A DNA stretch of 63,499 nucleotides, the filler included, from Octopus bimaculoides (taxonomy: Eukaryota): the NCBI RefSeq assembly GCF_001194135.2. It is 4 parts of 3 records of this genome, joined end to end, with 100 filler letters (N's around TTAATTAATTAA, not from the genome) between each part and the next. Parts side by side here need not be neighbours in the genome. Positions count along the whole stretch, not along the records: positions 35,339 to 58,272 come from NC_068988.1; 3 more parts are not named here. One strand, given 5' to 3'. This document shows, in pieces, positions 39,130-51,590 of the stretch. The position numbers were made by a program, and so were the translations under genes. The notes below the pieces were generated by a model. It was given only the letters and a program-made list of their open reading frames with translations. It ran no database searches and was not told where the DNA came from. Positions within the stretch are counted from its first letter, which is position 1; each line of letters starts with the position of its first letter.

Positions 39130-40050
39130 TGATGGTGGCGGCAACGGTTGTGGTGATGTCGCTGTTGTTTTTTTTTGCCGTTGCTAATGGTAGCGGTTAC
39201 AATAGTGCTTGTGGTAGGTGTGCTGGTGCTGGTGGTGGTGGTGGTGTTGGCGAGGTGGTAATGATGGGGGTGGCGAATGGTGGTGATGGCGGTGTTGTTC
39301 TTTTGCAGTTGTTGTTAATGGTGGTGATGGTAAGTGGTAGTGGTGGTCGTGCTGGTGTTTTTATTGGTGGCGGTGGTAAAGCTGATGTCGGGGATTGTGG
39401 TGGTGGTGGTGGTGGTGGTGATGGTGGTGGTGATGGTGGTCGTGCTGCTGTTTTTATTGGTGGCGGTGGTAAAGTTGATGTCGGGGATTGTGGTGGTGGT
39501 GGTGGTGGTGGTGGTGGTGGTGATGATAGTGATGGTGGTGGTAATGGTGGTGTCAGAGATTGTGACTGTGGTGATGGTAGTTCTGATGCTATTCTCTTAG
39601 TATGCCGTGGTGGTGGTGGCGGTGGTGGTGGTGGCGTTGGTGGTGGTGGTGGTGGTTATGGTGGTTGTGGAGGTACTAGCGGTGATAATAATACTTGTGA
39701 TGAGGATGGTGAAGTAGGTAACGGTGGTGGTGTTTGAAACTGTACTGCTGGTGTTGGTGTTGGTGCTGGTGTTGGTGGTGACGGTAGTGTTGGTCCTAAA
39801 TGGTAGTATGGTGAAGTGAGGTGATGTAGACGTTAGTAGCCGTTGTAGTTTTGGTGCTGGTTGTGTTACTACATTGTGGTGGTAGTGGTATTGTGGCGCT
39901 ATGGCGTGTAGGTCTTGGTGCTAGTGGTAGTAGAACTGGACAGGGTGCTAGCTTATGTGCTAGTGATTGTAGTAGAAATACTTGTGTTGGAGATTGCAGT
40001 GGTAGAAGTTATAGTAGTGGTAGTAGTGGTAACTATCTTTGGTCATGCTA
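39130..40050 (+). repeat. (GGT)n-derived cryptic low-complexity tract with an internal ~90-bp duplication
   Basis: ggtggtcgtgct(g/c)tgtttttattggtggcggtggtaaag(c/t)tgatgtcggggattgtggtggt occurs twice (about 39343 and 39436). Confidence 0.85.
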
Positions 40051-40074
40051 AATAAATAATGGAATTCTTTTACT

Positions 40075-40470
40075 GGTGGTAGTCATTTTGACTTCGGCTA
40101 TGCTGGAACACCACCTTGAAGGGTTTTAGTCGAACGAATCCCGCCCCTAGAACTTTTTATTTTTAGCTTAGTACATATTCTATCATTCTGTAATGCTGAA
40201 CCGCTAGTTACAGGGACGTAAACACACCAACACCGGTAATCAAACGGTGATGGGAGACAATAACAGACACAAAACACACACACATAGATACACATATCCA
40301 TAGATACGACAGGCTTCTTTCAGTTTCCCTCTACCAAATCCACTCAGAAGGCTTTTGGTCGGCCCAAGGCTATAGTAGAAGACACTTGCCCAAGGTGCCA
40401 CACTATGGGACTGAACCCGGAACCATGTTGTTGGGAAGCAAGTTTCTTAGCACACAGTCACACTTGCGTC
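40075..40470 (-). mobile_element. SINE, family B
   Basis: Reverse complement of the family B consensus. Confidence 0.85.
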
Positions 40471-40479
40471 CTTTCTACT

Positions 40480-40672
40480 ATAGGCACAAAAGCTGAAATT
40501 TTAGGGGAGAGAGCTAGTCGATTACATTGATCTCAGTGCTCAACTGGTAACTCTTTGACCCCGAAAGGATGAAAGATAAAGTCGACCGCTGTGGAATTTG
40601 AACTCAGAATGTACGGACAGATGATATGCCGCAAAGCATTTTGCCCGGCGCGCTAAAAATTCTGCCACCTTG
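40480..40672 (-). mobile_element. SINE, family A
   Basis: ggcacaaaagctgaaatt...cccgaaaggatgaaagataaagtcgacc...ggaatttgaactcagaa...cccggcgcgctaa. Confidence 0.8.
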
Positions 40673-40914
40673 CTGTCGTAATAGTTAGTATACAATGAAA
40701 GAACACAATGGCCGTTTTTTAGAGGTGCGATAAATGACTGTCGATGGTTTACTTATTGGTGGAGTTTAGCCCTGGGTTAACAATTTTCGAGGATATTCAT
40801 GATCAAAAGTGTTCATCAGTCATGACAATTCTTTCATCTGTAAGATATAGAGTTGTTATATCTGGACTACATTATTTTCTGGTGACAGGACAAAGAACCT
40901 TCCAGAATAATCCA

Positions 40915-41630
40915 GACCCATAAGACCAATTTATCAGTTTCCGTGATGCATGTATTTTCCTCTGGACAGGTCACCGGTCCGTCACAAAATTACTCATTTT
41001 TGCCAGCTGAGCGGTGTGGAGCAACATGAAATGAAGTGTTTTGCTCAAGAACACAATATGTCGCCCGGTCTAGGAATCGTAACCACAACCTTACGATTAT
41101 CAGTCCAGCATCCTAACCACTAAGCCATGCGCCTCCACAAAAGGTAAAGTTAACTTCGCGTGCCATTCCGACTCATAAGGACCTGTTTCCCGGTTTCAAT
41201 GGCGTATATATATTTCCCCACCTGGACAAGACGCGGGTCCGTCGCAGGGTTACTCATTTTTGCTAACTGAGTGAACTGAAGCCATTTGAAATGAAGTGTT
41301 TTGCTCAAGAACACAACGCCTCACCCGCTCCAAGAATCGAAACTGCAATCTTACGATCACAAGTGCAACCACTAAGCCACGCGCCTGCACTAAAGTTCCT
41401 TCCCGAGTGTTAGACTCATAAGGGCCAGTTGGCCGGTTTCAATGGTGTATATATCCCTCACCCGGACGGGACGCCGGTTCGTCGCAGAATTACTCATTTT
41501 TGTAAGTTGAGCGGTCTGAAGCAACGTGAAATGAAGTGTTTTGCTCAAGAACACAACACGTCACCCGGACCAGGAATCGAAACCACATTTTTACAATCAT
41601 GAGTCTAACGCTCTAACCATTACGTCACAT
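40915..41630 (-). mobile_element. Three head-to-tail copies of a ~240-bp SINE (family E)
   Basis: Repeating unit gactcataaggg...ccggtttc...ggacgccggtccgtcgcag..ttactcattttt...gtgttttgctcaagaacacaac...ctaaccactaagcc. Confidence 0.85.
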
Positions 41631-41744
41631 GTCTCTTATTGTTATGATATCAACACATTTGAGGGAGAACAGGTTACTATTAATTTCATGTCCAACAATC
41701 AGATGAATGCTTTCTCATTAGGAAACTCACTATGGTATTCCTAA

Positions 41745-42670
41745 TATGGTTTTGGTGGTGGTAGTTGTGTGTAGTAGAAGTATCAGGAGGTGTGGTCACT
41801 GCGATTGTTATGACGGTGGTAGTGGTGTTGGTGATGGTGGTGGTGTTGATGTTGTTGTTTTTGTTGGAGGTGGTGGTGCAAGTGATGGTGATGCTGGTGC
41901 TGGTGGTTGTGATGGTGGTATTGTGTCGGTGGTGTTACTTGTGGCGATGATGGTGTTGGCGGTAACGGGGATGGTGGTGGTAATGGTGGTGATATATCGG
42001 TGGACGACAGAGGTAGTTGTGGAGTTTGTTGTATTTGTGGTCAAGGTGGTAGTTGTGCTCATATTGATGGCTACGTTAATATTCGCGCTTCTGGCGGTAG
42101 TAGGAGTTCTTGACGTGGTAGTGGTTGCCATGGTACCTGATTGTTGTGATTATGGTGGCAGTGGATGTAATAGTTGTTGCTGGTCGTGAAAGTATTTGTG
42201 GTTGCGGTGGTAGTTGTGATTATGGTGGTGGAGATGGTATTTTATTTGATGTTAGTGGTGGTAGTGTTGGCGACAGTTGGAAGAGTTGTTGTGGTTGCGG
42301 TGTTGATAGATGTGGTGTTTTTGGTACTGCAGGAAGTAGTAGTACATGTAGTGGTTGTTTTAGTGATGGCTGCGGTGCTAGTGTTACTGGTGCCAAATTA
42401 TAGTTGTGGTTGTAGTGGTGGATGTTGTGGCACATAGGGATAGTCGTGTTAAAGACAGTAGTGGCGGTAGTAGGAGTGACAGTAGTGGTTATTGTGGTGA
42501 TGTGGTTGTTGCTGATAATACTGTTGATGTTGGTGGTGGTGGTCGTAATGGTGGCAATGTTGTAGGACGATGTTGTTGCTGTAATGGTGGTTGTGGTGGT
42601 GGTGGCGGCGGCGGCGGCGGTGGAATTGGTACTGGTGGTGGTGTTGTTGGGGGTAGTAAAGTCGAGTTTT
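41745..42670 (+). repeat. (GGT/AGT/TGT)n cryptic low-complexity tract
   Basis: Direct reading; source of the Val/Gly/Thr-rich pseudo-ORFs. Confidence 0.85.
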
Positions 42671-42833
42671 TGTGGTAGGATAAGGTGAGTGAGTGGTAAT
42701 GCTAGTAAAATGGCGGAAACTTCAAAAAAATATGAGACAAGGGGAGAGAAAATGGAGAGAAAAGGAAGTGAGTGAAAGACAAAGACATAATGCAGACAGA
42801 AATTATGAATGAAATGGAAAGTGGAGTGTATAC

Positions 42834-42888
<55 letters not shown>

Positions 42889-42954
42889 NNNNNNNNNNTG
42901 GTGGTGGTGGTAAAGATTGAGGTATGCGAAAGAGAACTGAAAAGCTACATATGG

Positions 42955-42972
42955 GATGATGATGATGACGAC

Positions 42973-43038
<66 letters not shown>
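42955..43038 (+). repeat. (GAT)n microsatellite
   Basis: Direct reading. Confidence 0.95.
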
Positions 43039-43168
43039 GCTGTTGAGGTGTGCATATGCACGCGTATCAGTGAATATAAATTTAAATACTATACGAAAAA
43101 GGAAAAAGGACTCAAAACATAATACAAAACAAAAATTACAATGCGAAGAACAAAAGGGATACATAAAC

Positions 43169-43199
<31 letters not shown>

Positions 43200-43243
43200 T
43201 GTATGTATGTATGTATGTATGTATGTATGTATGCATTCATGCC

Positions 43244-43317
<74 letters not shown>

Positions 43318-43415
43318 CATACATGCATCTATATATGTATGTTAATATATACATATATACAGGCATGAATGCATACATGGATGCATATCCACCATGTAGG
43401 TGGATAGATAGATAA

Positions 43416-43510
<95 letters not shown>

Positions 43511-44116
43511 GAAGGATTGGTGAGAGATAGATATTGCAACGGAAATGGTGTGGCTGCTAAATAAAACGTATGAGGTGGTGAGGAATATTGTTGCATGGAG
43601 AATTATGGAGTCGTGCGGGGGTGTTGTTAGTCGTTGGTGGTGGTGGTGGTGGTGGTGGTGNNNNNNNNNNNNNNNNNNNNNNNNNNNNNNNNNNNNNNNN
43701 NNNNNNNNNNNNNNNNNNNNNNNNNNNNNNNNNNNNNNNNNNNNNNNNNNNNNNNNNNNNNNNNNNNNNNNNNNNNNNNNNNNNNNNNNNNNNNNNNNNN
43801 NNNNNNNNNNNNNNNNNNNNNNNNNNNNNNNNNNNNNNNNNNNNNNNNNNNNNNNNNNNNNNNNNNNNNNNNNNNNNNNNNNNNNNNNNNNNNNNNNNNN
43901 NNNNNNNNNNNNNNNNNNNNNNNNNNNNNNNNNNNNNNNNNNNNNNNNNNNNNNNNNNNNNNNNNNNNNNNNNNNNNNNNNNNNNNNNNNNNNNNNNNNN
44001 NNNNNNNNNNNNNNNNNNNNNNNNNNNNNNNNNNNNNNNNNNNNNNNNNNNNNNNNNNNNNNNNNNNNNNNNNNNNNNNNNNNNNNNNNNNNNNNNNATA
44101 GCTCTGTATGCATTCG

Positions 44117-44173
<57 letters not shown>

Positions 44174-45192
44174 TATGCACGCGCTGCAGTAACCCTTTGT
44201 AGATCGAGTATTTATTTATACGCTTTATAGAAATGCTTCTAATAACACAATTACATAAATGATTGAGAATTAGTCCTGGGACATCTCTAAGACACTAAAC
44301 CATCCCCGTTCTTCTGCATCTATGTTATGCCAACAGAAATCTCAATCGGTAAGCATAGTGCTGACGTCAGCAAACACATGACTGCAGCTGATTGCGATTT
44401 GGGTGAGGGGAGGTCTTGATTTTACTTTGTCTGTCTATACCAGTGTTTAATGGTTTGCATATGCGTGTGTATGTGTGTGTGTGTGTAAATATGTGTATGC
44501 ATGAGAAGCGGTGATTGACCCACAGTTGCACGTATCTTACCAATTTCTTTTAAGTGTTTGATTACCTTTACATGACGACGAATCTGGTGTCTGCATGTTT
44601 GCATGTCTGTATGTGTGTGTGTGTGTGTGTGTGTGTACGTGTGTGTGTATTTGGTAAGCGACAGAGAAGGCAAAAGGAAAAGAGAGAGAGAGAGAGAGAA
44701 GGAGAGAGAGAGGGGGGGAGAGAGAGGGAGCGAGAGAAAGAGGAAATTAGCGAGAATGAGAGATTTTAAGAAAAAAGCAACGTCCATTGAGGATTATCCG
44801 TTAATAAGAATGAGAAAAAGTTTCATGTTCAACTGGAAAAATTTGTTGGATATTTTTACCGTTTACTCATTATATCTATCACGTACATGTTTTTGGCTGA
44901 AAACTCCTTGTGCTTCGAGAAATACTAACATAACCAATAATTCTTGGTGTATATTTAAACGTGGAACCTGTTTAATGAAGCCTTAATTTTCATATAAGTT
45001 TTCTATTTATACTCTGCACTTCAGGCTGAGGGAAAATTTCACACCTCCAGAGAAGTTGGTGTCTAGCACTGTATTATTTTTCTTTTTGTTTCAAATAGCA
45101 GAATTACGTCTTTTACGATTAGATTTGGCAGAGGTTTTGATAACTATCTTCTACTAATGATTCTTTGTCTTATATCTTATTCTTTAATTTAC

Positions 45193-45336
45193 TTTCGTCT
45201 TTGACCAGTATCCATGTTCAGGTAGAAAATTGAAGGATTTAGTTGATATCGACACCAGGACGTAATTTTAAAACAATCTGGTAGTTTTGCTGTCGCTAAT
45301 ATTTGCTGAACGGCTTGGTTACGGGAACGTAGTCCA
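45193..45336 (-). CDS. Candidate isolated 144-nt symmetric (phase 2-2) exon of an unidentified gene
   Basis: Acceptor ttttcgttttttcattcag|, donor |gtaaat, one open frame GLRSRNQAVQQILATAKLPDCFKITSWCRYQLNPSIFYLNMDTGQRR; not recognised. Confidence 0.3.
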
Positions 45337-45856
45337 CTGAATGAAAAAACGAAAGAACGAACAAAACGATCGAACGGATGAACGATCGAGCGAACACACG
45401 AGCGAGCGAACAAACGAACGAACAAACGAACGAACGAACCAATCAACAAAGCAACCAACCAACCAACCAACCAACCAACCAGCACACACTTACATGCACA
45501 CACATACATATACTGAGATACACATACACACATACACACATACACACACACACTCAAACATATGTAGGGAGGGAAAGAGAGAAAGAGAGAAAGAGAGAGA
45601 AAAATGAGAGAGAGTGAGAGAGAGAGATACATGTATAGAGAGACAGATATATAGCTAAATAATCGATGATCAATGCTAGAACGTCGGTGAGATGTCGATA
45701 TAGGGGTGAAGATTTGTCAAGAGAATGTTCATTGGCCAAAACCGAATGCTGAAAATTATCTCCCAAAACAAACCGTCTTATATCAATTGTTTAACTCACT
45801 ATCCCAGCACTTCCACAAAAAAAATATTCATATGTGAATGTAAGCATGCATAAATA

Positions 45857-45898
<42 letters not shown>

Positions 45899-46049
45899 CA
45901 CATATATTTCTATGTATAAATACACACATACACACATACATACTATATATATACATGTATGTATATGTATGTACTTATGTATGTATATATGTATGTATAT
46001 GTGTATGTAAGTATAACAAAATGCAGAATTAGGCCGTCTGCATCTCGGT

Positions 46050-46790
46050 AATTAATTGGTAACAACAGAATCACCCTACCTACCCATTCAAAGGATGGTG
46101 CGTTCCTAAAGTAATTATTTACAGAAAATCAATAATCGATACACAACAAACATTTCCAAAAGTAATTCTTACCACCATAGAAACTCATTCGTGTCAGATC
46201 ATTGGGAGAAGAACAAAGCCTTCTCTAAATTCATCTTGAAACTTTGAAACCTCGAGGAAATGTGTACCTGTGCAATTTAACAGAATTGAAAATGCCACAT
46301 CATACATTGAGTGCACCTGAAACGATAGACTGATACTTAATTGAAAAGTTCCAGCTAATAAAACAGCCGGTGATAAAACTAGTGATACGATATATTATAT
46401 TATATAATCTATTATGGTTGTCGTCATGAGAAGTAAAATTGTAGGACACTTCTCGTACACCCAATAATATACACACTGATTTAAATATAAGCGATACCTA
46501 TTACACCAGCATCACGGAGGAATTCTCTCACGTTTCCTACCAAATGTTCCATGCAGGTGATTACCCTTACACAATAGCAGCTCGTCTAGCAATAACAATA
46601 TATCAAGTCTCCAAATTTTTCGAAAACGTGCCCTGCTCTATCAATGTAAATCAGCCTAGATGTAGGATTGAGAAGAAAGCCTTATTCAATTATTCAAATA
46701 GCTAAATAAAAAAAAGGAGTTAAATAAGTAATGTTTCATCGATGAAACATTTAGTGCACGGTCGAAACTGTGTGTAGCGCTAGAATGAAT
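46050..46790 (+). mobile_element. Decayed Penelope-like GIY-YIG endonuclease region
   Basis: Fragments PFKGWCVPKVIIYR, YHHRNSF..HWEKNKAFSKFILKL and PRCRIEKK resemble Penelope endonuclease motifs (CPLxGxCL..IIY, YNHKSSF..STxLSKxIWKLK, CxLCLEEK); recalled, not searched. Confidence 0.5.
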
Positions 46791-46807
46791 CATCGCCTGA
46801 TTCCATC

Positions 46808-46840
<33 letters not shown>

Positions 46841-47364
46841 TGCATGTACGTATGTATGTATGTATGTATGTATGTATGTATGTATGTACGTATGTATGTA
46901 TATATATATATATNNNNNNNNNNNNNNNNNNNNNNNNNNNNNNNNNNNNNNNNNNNNNNNNNNNNNNNNNNNNNNNNNNNNNNNNNNNNNNNNNNNNNNN
47001 NNNNNNNNNNNNNNNNNNNNNNNNNNNNNNNNNNNNNNNNNNNNNNNNNNNNNNNNNNNNNNNNNNNNNNNNNNNNNNNNNNNNNNNNNNNNNNNNNNNN
47101 NNNNNNNNNNNNNNNNNNNNNNNNNNNNNNNNNNNNNNNNNNNNNNNNNNNNNNNNNNNNNNNNNNNNNNNNNNNNNNNNNNNNNNNNNNNNNNNNNNNN
47201 NNNNNNNNNNNNNNNNNNNNNNNNNNNNNNNNNNNNNNNNNNNNNNNNNNNNNNNNNNNNNNNNNNNNNNNNNNNNNNNNNNNNNNNNNNNNNNNNNNNN
47301 NNNNNNNNNNNNNNNNNNNNNNNNNNNNNNNNNNNNNNNNNNNNNNATATATATATATATATTG

Positions 47365-47490
47365 GACGGTATTCTTTCAGTTTCCATCTACCAAATCCAC
47401 TCACAAGGCTGTGGTCGGGCCGAAGGTATTGTAGAAAGTGGAGTGAACCCAGAATTGTGTGGTTGGGAGGCAAGCTTCTTACCATACACC
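47365..47490 (-). mobile_element. Partial SINE, family B
   Basis: gacggtattctttcagtttccatctaccaaatccactcacaaggc. Confidence 0.8.
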
Positions 47491-47775
47491 CACTTTCTGC
47501 TTCTGTGTGTGTGTATGTGTGTGTGTGTGTAAGTATGTATGTATGTGTGTGTGTGTATGTATGTGTGTGTGTGTGTGTATGTGTGTATGCATGTGTATTT
47601 TATCAATGTTTACAAGTAACACGGAAAAAATAAATAAATAGTTATCAGGGTAGCAAAAAGTAGGATGTAACAGCCTACTTATAAAGGTAGAAATTCCAGG
47701 TTTTGATGAAATGTTTATAAATTACATAGCTAGATAGATATAAATAGATAGATAAACAAATAAATAGAGTTAAAC

Positions 47776-47880
47776 GCAGGTGTTATTCAAATCTTTATAC
47801 TTCCAGTATATGTTTCGAAGAAAACATTGGTATTATTCCAGACGGAATAAAATAATGTAAAGCATTTCCACCGTCAGTAT
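47776..47880 (-). ncRNA. Degenerate hammerhead of the same family as 24486 and 47938
   Basis: Minus strand CTGACGG...ttcttc-GAAAC-ATAT-ACT-ggaag; core and triplet mutated. Confidence 0.4.
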
Positions 47881-47937
47881 TCCTGCAGCATTGACATCCG
47901 GTCAAAATGTCTAACCGATATATTTTGCTTCTTTTTC

Positions 47938-48003
47938 TTTCCCCTGATGAGAAGATTGCATTATTTTACATGATTTTATTCCTTCGAAACATATGTCGGA
48001 AAT
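47938..48003 (+). ncRNA. Type I hammerhead ribozyme motif
   Basis: tttccc-CTGATGA(47944-47950)-GAAG...CTTC-GAAAC-ATAT-GTC(47995-47997)-ggaaat: intact core, 4-bp stem II base, palindromic stem III; stem I has one mismatch. Confidence 0.65.
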
Positions 48004-49451
48004 ATAAAGATTTGAATAACACGTGCTTTTAACTCCATTTCTTTATTTCTTTCTTTCTTTATTTACCTATCTATCTATCTATATATATATTGTAGTATAT
48101 ATATATATATATATATATATATNNNNNNNNNNNNNNNNNNNNNNNNNNNNNNNNNNNNNNNNNNNNNNNNNNNNNNNNNNNNNNNNNNNNNNNNNNNNNN
48201 NNNNNNNNNNNNNNNNNNNNNNNNNNNNNNNNNNNNNNNNNNNNNNNNNNNNNNNNNNNNNNNNNNNNNNNNNNNNNNNNNNNNNNNNNNNNNNNNNNNN
48301 NNNNNNNNNNNNNNNNNNNNNNNNNNNNNNNNNNNNNNNNNNNNNNNNNNNNNNNNNNNNNNNNNNNNNNNNNNNNNNNNNNNNNNNNNNNNNNNNNNNN
48401 NNNNNNNNNNNNNNNNNNNNNNNNNNNNNNNNNNNNNNNNNNNNNNNNNNNNNNNNNNNNNNNNNNNNNNNNNNNNNNNNNNNNNATCCAGAGAAATGAA
48501 AGAATAAATGTAGATATTTTACTAATAGTACTATAGGCGTTGATGATTTTATCAGATATAGGAATATTCACATGATCGTCTGCCAACTACTGCGAAGCGC
48601 ATAGACAGCACTATGTTTTTACTGTCATTTCAATATGAGAACAAAGGATGTGTATTGAAACATTAATGGACTAAGGGGTTTGGAAACGTCGCTTTTTCAG
48701 TTTGATACGGAGGGTTAACAATATGAAAAATCTGTAAAGAAATGTTTAAAGTATGTGAAAGGCAAGCTGATCTCTACTTACATGCACAGACACACACACA
48801 CACAACACAGAAGCACACCACACAAATATATACGTACAAAAATACACACACACACAAAAATATATGCATATATACATATATACAAAAATATACATATACG
48901 ACTATATGCCTTATCTCGTGTGTGTGTGCTTATGTATGTGTGTGTATGGAAGTGTCAATGTGTATTTATGTGCGTATATGTATTTGCTTGGCTGTGAGTT
49001 TGTTTATATGTCTGTGTTCATGAATGCGTAAGGCAACCACAACATGTGAAAGAAAACATATAAAACAAAATAATATATATGAAACTTTATGAATCATTAT
49101 ATATAAAAAATGAATATAGAATTATGGAAAAAAAGGAAGATGGTTTTAAAAAAAGGCTTTAAAAAACTAGTAGCAAGTAGGGCAAAGGAATAAATTTTGA
49201 ATAAGTAGAACATGAAGTAATAGGAAGAGAGTGCACGCACACATATATATGCATGCATGCATACGTACATGTATGCTATGGATGCATACATATATACATG
49301 CCTACACACGCAGTAAGGAGCTACGCGAAGTTACACACAGAATCACAAATCCTTATACAAAACCCATAAAGATATACTGAAAGAGAGAGAGAGAGCCATT
49401 CACGCTAAGCCAAGAGAATAGGTTACAAAAGCTTTCACGTGTGTGCGTGTG

Positions 49452-49496
<45 letters not shown>

Positions 49497-49670
49497 NNNN
49501 NNNNNNNNNNNNNNNNNNNNNNNNNNNNNNNNNNNNNTATATACATACATATACATATGTATACATATATACACATATATATATACATATATACGTACAT
49601 AAATATATATATATATACTGCCGTTGATTAGGTCCAAGAGGCCATACATATATATATATACATAAAAAAG

Positions 49671-49719
<49 letters not shown>

Positions 49720-49856
49720 CATGTGTGTATTCATATATAATACGTATATACATACATATATATGTGTATATGTATATATGTATAAGTATATAGTCATATG
49801 TATATGGGTGTGCATATATACATAGATGTATATATACATACATATGTACATACCTA

Positions 49857-49900
<44 letters not shown>

Positions 49901-50385
49901 TATGCGTGTGTATGTATATGTTGTGCTTTCCCTCTCTCACCCTATCACAAATTACATACTCTACGAAATAGCAGAATGAAACACAAAAGACGAAGACGAA
50001 TAAATAAATAAATAAATAAATAAATAAATAGATGACTAAATAAAAAAAAATGAAAGAAAGCGAATGCCAGAAAAAGAACCATAAAAAAACACAAAGATAA
50101 ACATCAGACCAGAAACAAACGAACTGAGAACTTTCAATTGACGAATCCCCAACAATGAGGCACTGTTCGATTGAGTTTCGCTTATTTCCGTTGCATTCAT
50201 GCAACCAAGGGGCTTCTTTCCGACATTCAATATTCGATTTATCTAACTCACAATTGAAATAATAGACGTTTATTGTATAGAATCTATTAACAGACAAGTT
50301 GTTAGTCTTTAATATCAAACGGCGGTACTATCTTGCCTTATGCTTTACAATGAATTGTTCTCTGTTCTTGTGTCTGTCTCTCTCT

Positions 50386-50427
<42 letters not shown>

Positions 50428-50662
50428 TTCGCTAGTGCTCTCTGACATTTTGTCTATGTTCCTTTGCCTTACTCTCTTTCTTTCTCTGTCTGTCTGTCTG
50501 TTTCTGTCTCTGTCTCTCATTTCCATCCAGTATATGTGTTTGTGTGTGTGTGCGTTCGCACGCGTTCCTAAGTGCGTGTGGGCATGCTTATGTATGAGTA
50601 TGTACGTGTGCAAATAAATATATATGTATATTTATTATATATTCATACACATGCTCACCTAC

Positions 50663-50709
<47 letters not shown>

Positions 50710-51202
50710 TACATACTTAAATACATACATGCATGCATTCATATATACATACACACACTGCTTGACAGCCAAACCAGCAGGCGTTGACTTTTCTTCGTTC
50801 CTGTAAAAGCAGCGACTCAGTTCAGCAAAGTAAATCAATTAGATAAGTATCCAGACTCCAAGCAAAATAGGCATTGGGGACGATTCGTTCGAGTGAAACC
50901 CTTCGAGTTGCATATGACTTTAGTCCGATTACGAAAGAAGTGAAAGGCACCAAGTAAACCTAGAACCCACGTAAGGGCTAAATTCGTAAGAGGCAGCGAT
51001 CATGATATTTAGAGGCCTACGAACAAAAGATTCTACATTGAATAAGAAAGAGTATTAAGATTGTTACAGTTCGCTTGAAACATTGTAGTCAGAAGTAGAA
51101 AAAGGGAAGCAACATATAGAAATTTCCTAACAGCGCAGGAAGTTTTACAAAAACCTTTATATTTCAGGCGCCTACATAGTTAGACGCTTTCTATATCTTC
51201 CT

Positions 51203-51241
<39 letters not shown>

Positions 51242-51525
51242 CTTAGTTTTCATTATGTCATGAATAAATCACTACCATGCACATAGGAGAAACGGAACTC
51301 TGCAATGAAGCTTAGTGAGACATTCATCAGTTAACACAATCTTGTTACAGCTATAACGTGTATCGTTCTGTGAACCCTATTTAGAATAGTGCAAAGGAGA
51401 TTCCGGATTGTAACGTGAGTTAATAGCCATAGTTATAGAATCTCCTTCAAAACATAAAATGCTTTGTTAAAATGTATAATTTGCAGAATGCATTGGAGCA
51501 CATTATGTCTGCAAAAGACAAGAGG

Positions 51526-51590
51526 TATCAAGGTTTCAGTGATATCAAGGTTTCAGTGATATCAAGGTTTCAGTGATATCAAGGTTTTAG
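51526..51590 (+). repeat. 17-bp minisatellite, about 4 copies
   Basis: (gatatcaaggtttcagt)n. Confidence 0.9.

Noticed and set aside
39132-39737. 201-aa Gly-rich ORF
   Set aside because: Explained by GGT slippage repeats; overlapping frames are equally open and there is no splice or homology support
40760-40830. Minus-strand CTGATGA...GAAA pair
   Set aside because: Stems I and II do not pair
44359-44372. 14-bp palindrome containing a full CRE (TGACGTCA)
   Set aside because: A single short motif without supporting context; similar octamers occur inside a SINE and at about 37626
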